This document shows positions 30,373 to 39,040 of a stretch of DNA of 64,000 nucleotides, one piece after another. The notes beneath the pieces are model-generated. The model was not told the origin of the DNA, did not search any database, and saw only the letters and a program-made list of their open reading frames with translations. Every line of letters starts with the position of its first letter. The stretch's first letter is position 1. The position numbers and the translations under genes are program-made. The DNA lies in the IMG/VR virus record IMGVR_UViG_3300042887_005053, positions 1-64,000 of that record; one strand, written 5' to 3'.

Positions 30373-31848
30373 ATGATACTAAAGAAAGGCATTCACGAAA
30401 AACTAATGGAATCAATTCAACAAATGTTGATTGACACGAAGGTTAATTTACCGTATTACGGAAATTTCAATCTTTTCATAAACTTCCACGAAAGAAAAGA
30501 CATCGGTACTTGTGCAGTAAACATGACTAGCAAAGGAATGCAGTTCTATTACTCACCAGAATTCTTAAATCGAATTTCACAAAAAGAAGTTAATTTCATA
30601 ACTCTTCACGAAGATTTTCACTTACTTTGGAATCACCCTAAAAGAACTATTACTGGTCAGTACGATCATAAATTGTCTAATATCGCTCAAGACATGATTA
30701 TCAATCACGTCATTTGGGAAGATATTCCTTCCAACTATGTTGAGATTCCTAAAGACGAAAAAGGTCGTAACATGGCGTTATTCGTACCGAAAGAATATAC
30801 TGGTAAACTTATCTTTGAAGAACTTTACGAATGGTTGAGAGACGAAAAAGAAAAGCGTGACAGTCAGAAGAAAGAGTGTCAAAGTTGTAAAGGTACCGGT
30901 AAGAAACAAGATCAAAACGGTCAAGAACAAGATGATAAACAAGACCAAAATGGTCAAGGTCAAGACAAACAGGATCAGAACGGTCAAGGTCAAGATAAAC
31001 AAGATCAGAATGGTCACAATCACGGCGATTCAAATGAGTCTTGTCCAGATTGTCAAGGTTCTGGTAAAGAAAAAGGTCAAGGTGGTTCTGAATACGGACC
31101 TTTCGGTAAAGATCCTAAAAATGGTAAAGGCGAAATCGATACCTATTCTTTAGATCACATTTTAGATAATCTTGACACAAATCAAGGTGAATACTTAGAT
31201 GCTCACTTAGGTGACGAAGTACCAGAAGAAATGAGAGAGTCAATGGTGAAAGATGCTATGGATAGACTACAAGCTCGTGGTTTACAAGCTGGTAACATTG
31301 AACAAACTTTGAACAAACTTCGTAAACAAAGAAAAGATTACCTTCGTGAAATTAAACGTAGTGTTTCAAATATGATTTTTGGTACTGTTAAGCAAAAAAC
31401 TATTACTAAACCTAATCGTCGACAACTTAGTGGACTTAAAGGTAATCGTAAAATTAAGACCGCAATTAATGTGATTTTAGACACCTCTGGTTCAATGGGA
31501 AATACTTTTGAAAAAGTACTATCATATATTTATAGAAGTGATATTGAAGTAAACATGATTCAAGCTGACACACAAGTAAATTGGGTAGAAAAATTTATGA
31601 ATAAGAAAAAGATTGAAAGGATGAAAATTTCTGGTCTTGGTGGTACAGTTTTGAGTCCAGCAGTCGATTTTGTAGCTGATAACTTCAACCAATACAACAC
31701 TTGTATTTTGACTGATGGATATTGTGATAGTCTAGACCTCTCCAAGTTAAAGGGAAAAGTTTTGATTATATCAATTGGAGTCTCAGTACCGATCTCAAAA
31801 TCAAATGGTAAACTCAAACAAATTTGTGTTGATATAAATGATAAATAA
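30373..31848 (+). CDS. HExxH metallopeptidase-like plus vWA protein (DUF2201-like) with inserted CxxCxGxG zinc finger
   Basis: LHEDFH, NIAQDMIIN, DTSGS MIDAS, GGT, TDG. Confidence 0.85.
   Translation: MILKKGIHEKLMESIQQMLIDTKVNLPYYGNFNLFINFHERKDIGTCAVNMTSKGMQFYYSPEFLNRISQKEVNFITLHEDFHLLWNHPKRTITGQYDHKLSNIAQDMIINHVIWEDIPSNYVEIPKDEKGRNMALFVPKEYTGKLIFEELYEWLRDEKEKRDSQKKECQSCKGTGKKQDQNGQEQDDKQDQNGQGQDKQDQNGQGQDKQDQNGHNHGDSNESCPDCQGSGKEKGQGGSEYGPFGKDPKNGKGEIDTYSLDHILDNLDTNQGEYLDAHLGDEVPEEMRESMVKDAMDRLQARGLQAGNIEQTLNKLRKQRKDYLREIKRSVSNMIFGTVKQKTITKPNRRQLSGLKGNRKIKTAINVILDTSGSMGNTFEKVLSYIYRSDIEVNMIQADTQVNWVEKFMNKKKIERMKISGLGGTVLSPAVDFVADNFNQYNTCILTDGYCDSLDLSKLKGKVLIISIGVSVPISKSNGKLKQICVDINDK
30904..31017 (+). 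repeat. In-frame tandem repeat of about 30 nt (KQDQNGQGQD, about 3.7 copies)
   Basis: Degenerate AAACAAGAyCAAAAyGGTCAAGGTCAAGAy units. Confidence 0.9.
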
Positions 31849-31873
31849 AAAAGTCCAGTTTAACTGGACTTTT
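31849..31873. terminator. Bidirectional intrinsic terminator
   Basis: AAAAGTCCAGT-TTA-ACTGGACTTTT. Confidence 0.85.
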
Positions 31874-32846
31874 CCAACATTTTTAGAAATTCATCATAAT
31901 TTTTATTAATTATGAAAATAAAATTATATCCCTGATGTAAACATGATTGCTGTTTACATAGATTTTTCTCCAAGTATAAATTATAATAATATTCAGATTT
32001 AACTTCAACTATCAAATTTAAATCTTCAATATAGAAATCTGGGTGGTATGTCTTATATGAATCACCTAAGAGATACTTAATAGATGATGGTTTGGATACT
32101 TTATTTAATAATTTATTGATTTCACAAAAAACAAGAAAGTCTAATTCATAAGTTCCTTGGTAGCTTAAATTCTTGTATATTTTTGATTTGAGTTGAGACT
32201 TCTGTATTTTATTAAATATTTCTGAGTTTTGAGCAGGAAACTCATGTCCATATTTCAATAAATTAGTTTGTTTAAATTTATCATATATTTCTTTTGACTT
32301 CATACAATTATCCACACCAAATCTATCAATTAGAGTATTCATTCTTTTCGTCTTAGATTCTAATTTAGTTGATGATTTAATTGCCTTATTATGTGTTTCT
32401 GGTAGTATTATGTTGGTTTTAACACCAAACCTCTCTAACATTGTAGTTTCTCTACTATCACAAACCTCTTTTACCTTCGATGGGTTGTCGACTCCGAATT
32501 TTTCTAAAAAATATTTCTTCAGTTCAACAACTTTTTCAGTTGATTGTAGAGGGTATTTCGTACCATATTTTTCTAAATTTGTTGATTCGACTTTATCTTT
32601 AGCACAAAAATTACTACAACAATAATATCCACCGTGTGATATATTTTTATTATATTTTTTATACTGAAGTGTTTTTATTCTACCACAAACATCACACTGA
32701 GCTTCAATTCTTAGTGTAGAATTAAGACCAATATCTTTAATATCAATCATTAAATATTCTTTATTCTCTGTTTGATATCCTAACTTTCTATATCTGTGTG
32801 AATTAAATTGATTTATCTTGATCCTCAATTCCTTCGTTATTATCAT
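31860..32846 (-). CDS. Putative free-standing homing endonuclease: Zn ribbon, five [KR][YF]G repeats, PD-(D/E)xK domain
   Basis: CDVC...CSNFC; LEKYG/LEKFG/LERFG/IDRFG/LLKYG; YHPDF...IVEVKS. Confidence 0.75.
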   Translation of the reverse strand: MIITKELRIKINQFNSHRYRKLGYQTENKEYLMIDIKDIGLNSTLRIEAQCDVCGRIKTLQYKKYNKNISHGGYYCCSNFCAKDKVESTNLEKYGTKYPLQSTEKVVELKKYFLEKFGVDNPSKVKEVCDSRETTMLERFGVKTNIILPETHNKAIKSSTKLESKTKRMNTLIDRFGVDNCMKSKEIYDKFKQTNLLKYGHEFPAQNSEIFNKIQKSQLKSKIYKNLSYQGTYELDFLVFCEINKLLNKVSKPSSIKYLLGDSYKTYHPDFYIEDLNLIVEVKSEYYYNLYLEKNLCKQQSCLHQGYNFIFIINKNYDEFLKMLEKSS

Positions 32847-32964
32847 ATCTTTTTAAAGTTTTTAGTAATTCTTTTTCAACCCAGTCGTTCATTTTGATAC
32901 CGTTTGTCGCACAAAATATTTTTACTTTTTTGTGGAGGTTTTCTGATATTTTAAGTGTTTTCAT
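32803..32964 (-). CDS. 53-aa ribbon-helix-helix DNA-binding protein (not in ORF track)
   Basis: MKTLKISENLHKKVKIFCATNGIKMNDWVEKELLK; TTTATATATA 4 nt upstream. Confidence 0.7.
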   Translation of the reverse strand: MKTLKISENLHKKVKIFCATNGIKMNDWVEKELLKTLKRYDNNEGIEDQDKSI

Positions 32965-33060
32965 ACAGTATATATAAAAGTTTCTTTTTCTACTTTTACA
33001 CTTTCAAATAGATTACAGGTATGAGATGACACAACGATGAAGAAAGAATTTTATTTAGTT

Positions 33061-34251
33061 TTATTTGAAATCTTTATATCTAATAACACTTTCGAACTGA
33101 CCACTCAATATTTTTTCTTGTTCATCTTGTCCTTGATGACAAAGACTTACAAAGTTATCTAATATTTTGTGTGAGTTCTCAACATCTTCTGGATGAAATA
33201 AAACGCCATATCTTTCATTCTTATCATCAGCTATAGCAGCAATCATATTATCAAGCTTACCAACTACTTTATATCCTGATGGACAAGATTCTGGATAATC
33301 ATTAAACGAGAAACTTAATTTCATATTTTTAATGTCTAACCCGTTGAATAACTTACAGTTTGAATATTCGGTTAGGGTTTTGTGATCTAAAGTTAATTTG
33401 TCATTTTCTAAAATTCTAACACCTGCATTCTTACACATTGATTGTAGACCAAAACAAATACCTAAAATTGGGTTCTTAGCGACTCTAATAGCTTGTTTAG
33501 ATAGTTTATCATCAAACTGATTAATTCTGTACTCTGAACCAGTCAAAATAGTTCCTACTACTTTTTTTGTTTCGAAAGCTTTGTTTAATTCAGTTATATC
33601 AGAAACAACAAGATGTTCGATTCCTCTGGTTCTACAATATTTCAGTAGATTTTTTAAGAATCGATTTTTTTGAGGTTCAGTGTTATTTACTATTAGTAAA
33701 ACTTGATTTTGGCTCAGTGGTGTTATTTTTGCACTTTCTACGACTTGATATGAATCAGGATACTTATCCATGAAAGTAAAGTCTTTTCTTGATAATTCAA
33801 AATTAGTATTGAAACTACTAAACACCTTAATCATTGCATCTAACGATTCATCTGATAATCCAAAATGTGTATCTTCATCTGATTTAGAACCAATTCCGTC
33901 ATAAAAGTGAACTTTAACGATATTTGGTGCTTCAATTGTGAATTCATAAATAACACGATCACCGTGAGTCATATCAACATTTAATTTAATCTCATTAGTT
34001 CTGGTATCAGTAATTACATGAATATCAAAAGTCATCAAATCTGGATCACCATCAGCTAAAACATCACCACCAGTCTCATCTGGTGTATTAACGAAATAAG
34101 TAACTCTTAAAATACTGTTTTCTCTTGTGATATCAGATAAAACATAGTCATGTGTACCATAACTAGTATATAGTTGTAAATTTTTAGGAAAGTGATCTCT
34201 AATATCATCTTTCATGTAATCTAAGTTTTCGTTAAATCTTTTAATTCTCAT
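33061..34251 (-). CDS. Unknown N-domain fused to class I glutamine amidotransferase domain
   Basis: ILTGS, LGICFGLQ, FHPE triad; begins MRIKRFNEN. Confidence 0.8.
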   Translation of the reverse strand: MRIKRFNENLDYMKDDIRDHFPKNLQLYTSYGTHDYVLSDITRENSILRVTYFVNTPDETGGDVLADGDPDLMTFDIHVITDTRTNEIKLNVDMTHGDRVIYEFTIEAPNIVKVHFYDGIGSKSDEDTHFGLSDESLDAMIKVFSSFNTNFELSRKDFTFMDKYPDSYQVVESAKITPLSQNQVLLIVNNTEPQKNRFLKNLLKYCRTRGIEHLVVSDITELNKAFETKKVVGTILTGSEYRINQFDDKLSKQAIRVAKNPILGICFGLQSMCKNAGVRILENDKLTLDHKTLTEYSNCKLFNGLDIKNMKLSFSFNDYPESCPSGYKVVGKLDNMIAAIADDKNERYGVLFHPEDVENSHKILDNFVSLCHQGQDEQEKILSGQFESVIRYKDFK

Positions 34252-34252
34252 A

Positions 34253-35056
34253 TTAATACTCAATTCTTTCTACATTCTTTAGTTTCACATCATAATACTC
34301 ATTATCATATTGAACTGTTATGTTGTCAAATTCGTCAATACTAACTGGTTTTAGTGGTTCTTTTGGATCATTATCTGGTAAATCTTCAACAACTGTTGCA
34401 TAAATAATTCCATTATCATCTATACACTTGATTATATCTTCTTGTGTTATGTTATTCACTTTGAAATCTTCAAATAACATAATATATTTAAGTGATGCTT
34501 TCTCAACGATTTTGTGTCTATTTTTAATATTATCAAGTAAAGACTCGATTTCTCTAACAATTTTATTGTGTGTATTGGTTAGTCTACGATTTGATTTCAA
34601 GTTAGTGATGATGAAATTAGTTTCGATATAATATCTACTTCTAAATCCAGCTGAAGCGGCGTACATATCTGATATATTTTGAAGTCTATCACAAAGTTTA
34701 ATAGTTAAGGCATCATCACTCATATAAGTCATTTTGTTGAGTAAATAATTTGCTTTTCCTTGTTTAGTTATTTCACTTTCATCTGATGTTAGTTCTTGTA
34801 CAAGTTTTGCTACTCTACCACCAAACTTAGATTTTATTAGGTCAAATGTCACAAAGTCAACATCTTCTAAAGTATCGTGAAGAATTGCAGCTGTTCCTAA
34901 GGTTGCTCTAGTATCGAATCTTTTGAGAATACTAAATACCTTAACAACATGACCTTCGAAGTATGTAGTTGATGTGAATCTTCTTCTCATACCTTTGTGA
35001 GCATCTTTTGAGAACTTCCAAGCTTTCTGTTCTAAAGGTGTTAAAGTTATTGGCAT
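34253..35056 (-). CDS. RelA/SpoT-type HD hydrolase (small alarmone hydrolase, Mesh1-like) plus C-terminal domain
   Basis: AHKGMRR, H, AAILHDTLED, ELT, IKLCDRLQN; no synthetase domain. Confidence 0.85.
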   Translation of the reverse strand: MPITLTPLEQKAWKFSKDAHKGMRRRFTSTTYFEGHVVKVFSILKRFDTRATLGTAAILHDTLEDVDFVTFDLIKSKFGGRVAKLVQELTSDESEITKQGKANYLLNKMTYMSDDALTIKLCDRLQNISDMYAASAGFRSRYYIETNFIITNLKSNRRLTNTHNKIVREIESLLDNIKNRHKIVEKASLKYIMLFEDFKVNNITQEDIIKCIDDNGIIYATVVEDLPDNDPKEPLKPVSIDEFDNITVQYDNEYYDVKLKNVERIEY

Positions 35057-35060
35057 AGGT

Positions 35061-35161
35061 TATATATTAAATTACTTACTAAGAAAGTTAATAATACTGT
35101 ATCGTAATCATTATTTCAGTTTTATATATAGTGTATATATAAAAAATATAGCTTATTTTTG
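35061..35161. promoter_or_regulatory. Divergent promoter region
   Basis: Minus TTAATATATA 35061-35070; plus TTTATATATA 35121-35130 and early TATTTTTG 35154-35161. Confidence 0.6.
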
Positions 35162-35165
35162 TAGT

Positions 35166-36344
35166 ATGAAAATTAAAGATTATCAAGGTTTTCTTGAAGA
35201 GTTAAGTAATAAAGATATGTATGAAATTATTCCTAATTCAGTTAAAGAATTGAATAACATTTTCAAAAAATCTGGAAAGAAACTTTATGTAGTTGGTGGT
35301 GCAGTCCGTGATTTTCTAACAGGAGAAAAACCAAAAGACTTTGATCTTGCTACAGACGCACTTCCAGATGAAGTGCTAGAAATTCTTGGTCACAAATATA
35401 GAACTAACTTACAGGGTAAGGCTTTTGGTGTGGTAGTTGTTTATACTGAAGATGAACCAGCAGGAATGGAAATTGCAACTTTTAGATCAGATGTTACAAA
35501 AGGTAGAAATCCAGAAGTTAAATTAGGAGTTACAATAGAAGATGATGTCAAAAGAAGAGATCTAACTTATAACTCACTTTTTTATGACTTAGATAAAAAA
35601 GAAATTGTAGATTTAGTTGGTGGTGTTAAAGACTTAGAAGATAAAATAACTAGAATGGTTGGAGATCCGTTGGAAAGAATTGAAGAAGATTCTTTGAGGA
35701 TTTTAAGAGCATTCCGTTTTTCTGCTAGATACGGAACACCTTTGGATGAATCTTTAATTGAATCTATAAAAAAGAGAAAGCAGTTACAGAATGTCGATCC
35801 GGAATCTGGTGAAATGAAAAGAATTTCACAAGAAAGAATTTGGGAAGAAATGAAAAAAGCTTACTATCAAGCTAAGTCTTATGTTCACTACTTGGAATTT
35901 TTTAATTACTTTGACATGTGGGAAGAAGTTTTCCCAGGAGCTATTATTAATAGAGATATTGTAGAATGTCATGAACTTGTTACTTATATAGCTAACTTAT
36001 TCAAATTTGATAATAAGTCAGATTTAGAAAGCAGATTAGTAATAAACTATAAAATTGAAAGTGATATTGCTTCAAAAGTTGTTTTCTTGATAAATCTACT
36101 TGATCTAAGAACTGACAATGCTTTTGACTTATATAAACAAAAAACAAGGTCTAACTGTCAAACATCTACCATAATTGATTGGTTAGATGCTAATAACATT
36201 CATAGAAAAATATTTATAAGATTTATTGATTATGCTCCGAGTGTTTCTGCTGAAGAATTAATGAGTCAAGGCTTCAAAGGTAAAGAACTTGGTCAAAAGA
36301 TTAAAGATTTAGAGATTAAAAAATTCAAAGATTTATTAAGATGA
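35166..36344 (+). CDS. cca: Class II tRNA nucleotidyltransferase (CCA-adding enzyme family)
   Basis: VGGAVRD, DFDLAT, RRDLTYN, EDSLRILRAFRF, ISQERI; begins MKIKDYQGFLEE. Confidence 0.85.
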   Translation: MKIKDYQGFLEELSNKDMYEIIPNSVKELNNIFKKSGKKLYVVGGAVRDFLTGEKPKDFDLATDALPDEVLEILGHKYRTNLQGKAFGVVVVYTEDEPAGMEIATFRSDVTKGRNPEVKLGVTIEDDVKRRDLTYNSLFYDLDKKEIVDLVGGVKDLEDKITRMVGDPLERIEEDSLRILRAFRFSARYGTPLDESLIESIKKRKQLQNVDPESGEMKRISQERIWEEMKKAYYQAKSYVHYLEFFNYFDMWEEVFPGAIINRDIVECHELVTYIANLFKFDNKSDLESRLVINYKIESDIASKVVFLINLLDLRTDNAFDLYKQKTRSNCQTSTIIDWLDANNIHRKIFIRFIDYAPSVSAEELMSQGFKGKELGQKIKDLEIKKFKDLLR

Positions 36345-36601
36345 AAAAATTCACAGAGTCAGTAGACGACTCCGGTACAAGAGATATTGATGGAACTTGG
36401 CTACCAGAAACGCCACATGCTAAGCTTAGAAACAAGTTAGGTACTTTTTGGACTTTATCTCAGTTGATTTCGGATAAACAAAGATTTCAAACACTTATTT
36501 CATCTGATACTGGAAAAGATTTGATTGTTGATACTGCTAATCAGTGTGAGTTGAACAAAGAAAGTATTTTAGAACTAATCAAAATAATCGAAGAATTATG
36601 A
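36341..36601 (+). CDS. Small protein with CTS-like N-terminus
   Basis: MKKFTES; ATGA overlap with cca. Confidence 0.65.
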   Translation: MKKFTESVDDSGTRDIDGTWLPETPHAKLRNKLGTFWTLSQLISDKQRFQTLISSDTGKDLIVDTANQCELNKESILELIKIIEEL

Positions 36602-37338
36602 TTCATAGAGTTGAGTATTTAAAAGATATTTTAGGTAGTAATTATATTGGAATTAATGTACCGATTCAAATTGTGAGTCCATTTCTAGATAGACTTAAAA
36701 ATGTTTTAGGTGATGAATATGATGTTTATGTTAAGAATCAACAAAACAGAGATAATGGTCACTATCATATAACTGTTATCAATGTAATGGATTATAATCG
36801 ACTTTCGAAAGAAATGGGTATAGATAAATTTATTAACTCACTAGAGTCAGTTTTTGATTTTGATTTTGATGATGTTCAGTTTTTAGGACTTGGTAAAGCA
36901 CAAAAACAAGACAATAAATCGTATTTTATTGTAGTTCGTTCTGAAAAGTTACAAGAAGTCAGAAGAAAATATGGATTAAGTGAACAAGATTTTCATGTTA
37001 CTTTAGGTTTCAAGTGGAAAGATGTCTTTGGAGTAAGGAAAAATGAAATTATTAAAGAAAGTGAACCTTTCTTAAAACTTTTAAAAAAGTCATATTATAA
37101 CAATCACGAAACTTTTGATTTTGTGAAAGAAATTGAAAATTTTGAAGGTGATTCTGAGCAAGAAATTGAACCAATAGAAATCAGAGAAACTACTGCTACA
37201 TTTCGTAATGGCAAAAATGACTACATAACAGTTTCTTTGATCGATAATGAATTTAGAATCACTAATAAGTATCAAGATTTTAGTAATAAACCAATTCTAT
37301 CACATACATTAATTTCGAAAAAATTTTTAGATATATAA
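36598..37338 (+). CDS. 2H phosphoesterase
   Basis: Two HxT motifs: YHITV and FHVTLG. Confidence 0.85.
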   Translation: MIHRVEYLKDILGSNYIGINVPIQIVSPFLDRLKNVLGDEYDVYVKNQQNRDNGHYHITVINVMDYNRLSKEMGIDKFINSLESVFDFDFDDVQFLGLGKAQKQDNKSYFIVVRSEKLQEVRRKYGLSEQDFHVTLGFKWKDVFGVRKNEIIKESEPFLKLLKKSYYNNHETFDFVKEIENFEGDSEQEIEPIEIRETTATFRNGKNDYITVSLIDNEFRITNKYQDFSNKPILSHTLISKKFLDI

Positions 37339-37356
37339 GAAAAAAATATTTAATTT

Positions 37357-37650
37357 ATGTTAGGTAAATTTTATAGTCTTGACGAATGTTCAAATAAAGA
37401 CAATGTATTTGAATATTTAGAAGAATTATCAGCTGATAGCAAAATTTCATTTCAAACAGTTGATTATGATGTAATTAAAATTAAAGACTTATCTCTTTCA
37501 GTAAAAGATCAAAAAGAACTTCTAAACTTCTTTGATAAAAATGATGTAATAGAATACGCCGATTACGAGAGTTATTCTTCTGAAGAAGATATTGACGAAG
37601 ACGATGAATACGGTGACTTTGACGATTATGATGAAGATGAAGACTATTAA
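37357..37650 (+). CDS. Protein with very acidic C-terminus
   Basis: D/E-rich tail. Confidence 0.65.
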   Translation: MLGKFYSLDECSNKDNVFEYLEELSADSKISFQTVDYDVIKIKDLSLSVKDQKELLNFFDKNDVIEYADYESYSSEEDIDEDDEYGDFDDYDEDEDY

Positions 37651-37653
37651 TCT

Positions 37654-37980
37654 ATGATAACAATAACAGAACCAGCTAAGGTAAAGCTTGAAGAATTAAT
37701 AAAAGAACAAAATCTTGATACTACTTACTTTTTAAGAGTTGGTGTCAAGGGTGGTGGGTGTGCTGGCTTAAGTTATGTTATGGATTTCGAGAATGAACTC
37801 CAAGAAGGTGATCAAGAGTTTGAAGATAGAGGAATAAAAATAGTTTGTAATAAAAAAAGCTTACTTTACTTAGTTGGAACAGAGTTACAATACTCTGGTG
37901 GATTAAATGGTAAAGGATTTGAATGGCATAACCCACAATCTTCTAGAACTTGTGGATGTGGACAATCTTTTTCAATATAA
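37654..37980 (+). CDS. iscA: A-type Fe-S carrier (HesB/IscA)
   Basis: GGGCAGLSY and CGCGQSF. Confidence 0.92.
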   Translation: MITITEPAKVKLEELIKEQNLDTTYFLRVGVKGGGCAGLSYVMDFENELQEGDQEFEDRGIKIVCNKKSLLYLVGTELQYSGGLNGKGFEWHNPQSSRTCGCGQSFSI

Positions 37981-38195
37981 TGGACTTGAATAATATACCA
38001 ATTTGTATTGGCGGAATCGATTACGAAGTTCATTCCAGTTTTTTTAATAGGTTTAAAGTAGTAGAAGAACGTCTTATCACAGATACTTACTTTATAAAAG
38101 GTGAGGATTCTACTGGATTTTTTTATTTGTCTGTTCATAAAAACTTCTACGACCTAGTAAAAAGAGACTCAAAAATATCTAAAATTTTAGAGTAA
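37980..38195 (+). CDS. Small protein with C-terminal tag (start revised)
   Basis: TAATG overlap with iscA; ends KRDSKISKILE. Confidence 0.7.
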   Translation: MDLNNIPICIGGIDYEVHSSFFNRFKVVEERLITDTYFIKGEDSTGFFYLSVHKNFYDLVKRDSKISKILE

Positions 38196-38198
38196 AAA

Positions 38199-38307
38199 TT
38201 TGTTATTTCAATAATTTTTCTTATATTTGTATTAAGTAATTGAACTGGAAACAGTTAAAGATTACTTAAAATAAATTTGGAATATTGGAAAGTATTCCTT
38301 ATCTTTG
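38199..38307 (+). promoter_or_regulatory. Tandem early promoters enclosing a GNRA hairpin
   Basis: TTTG-N19-TATATTTG (38199-38229) and TTTG-N20-TATCTTTG (38276-38307). Confidence 0.8.
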
Positions 38308-38336
38308 TAAAACAATAACACTAAAACTCTAAAAAT

Positions 38337-38960
38337 ATGGCAGGTAACTTATTTTCAAAGGCAAAACAAAAAGCAGCAACAGCTAAACCAAAAGCTAAAG
38401 ACGAAAAAGTTCGTGTAACTGTTAAAGATCCAGATTTCTTCTCAAAGGTTCAAATTCTTGAGCAATTACAAGAAAACATGAAGCGTGATAAGGCTAAAGC
38501 TGATATGTTGGCTGATGAAATCAAAGAAACCTCTAAATCTGAGTGGGTTCGTTTGTATGAGAAAACTGGTAAGAATCCAGGTTCAATTATGATTGAGGCC
38601 AAGAATGGTTTAGATATCGCACAAACAATGTTCGTACCTTCTGATAAATACATTTCAATCAGTGCTGACAGAGCCGAGTCTCTTATTGATAAGTATGGTG
38701 ATTCAATTGTTGAAGAAAAGACTACCTTTTCATTTGACAACGATATGATTGAGAAGTACGGTGAAGTTATCTCTTCTATGATTGAGTCTTGTGATGAAAT
38801 TGACGAAGATGATAAAGCAAAGATCATCAAAGCCGTGGCAGTATTTTCAATCGCTAAAGGCACTATTGATAAAATGCCAACTTTCGGTTCCGTGACTGAA
38901 ATTATGGAAGAAGTAAAACCAGTTGTAGCACTTAAAAATGTTGAGGTTATCAAAGGATAA
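38337..38960 (+). CDS. Early hypothetical protein
   Basis: 207 aa behind tandem early promoters. Confidence 0.8.
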   Translation: MAGNLFSKAKQKAATAKPKAKDEKVRVTVKDPDFFSKVQILEQLQENMKRDKAKADMLADEIKETSKSEWVRLYEKTGKNPGSIMIEAKNGLDIAQTMFVPSDKYISISADRAESLIDKYGDSIVEEKTTFSFDNDMIEKYGEVISSMIESCDEIDEDDKAKIIKAVAVFSIAKGTIDKMPTFGSVTEIMEEVKPVVALKNVEVIKG

Positions 38961-38980
38961 TCTCCTTTTTTTCTGTAAAA

Positions 38981-39012
38981 TTTGGAAAATTAAAAATCAT
39001 TACTTATATTTG
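38981..39012 (+). promoter_or_regulatory. Early promoter
   Basis: TTTG-N20-TATATTTG, followed by TAAAACAATAA as at 38308. Confidence 0.8.
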
Positions 39013-39040
39013 TAAAACAATAATACTTAAAAAAGAAAAT

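Noticed and set aside
30904-31017. CRISPR-like repeat array
   Set aside because: Units are contiguous, in frame, vary at synonymous positions and have no spacers.
38450-38953. 167-aa antisense ORF and other shadow ORFs (e.g. 6362, 7123, 20855, 30778, 60386)
   Set aside because: They lie inside well-supported genes, have no promoters or motifs, and are expected from codon bias.
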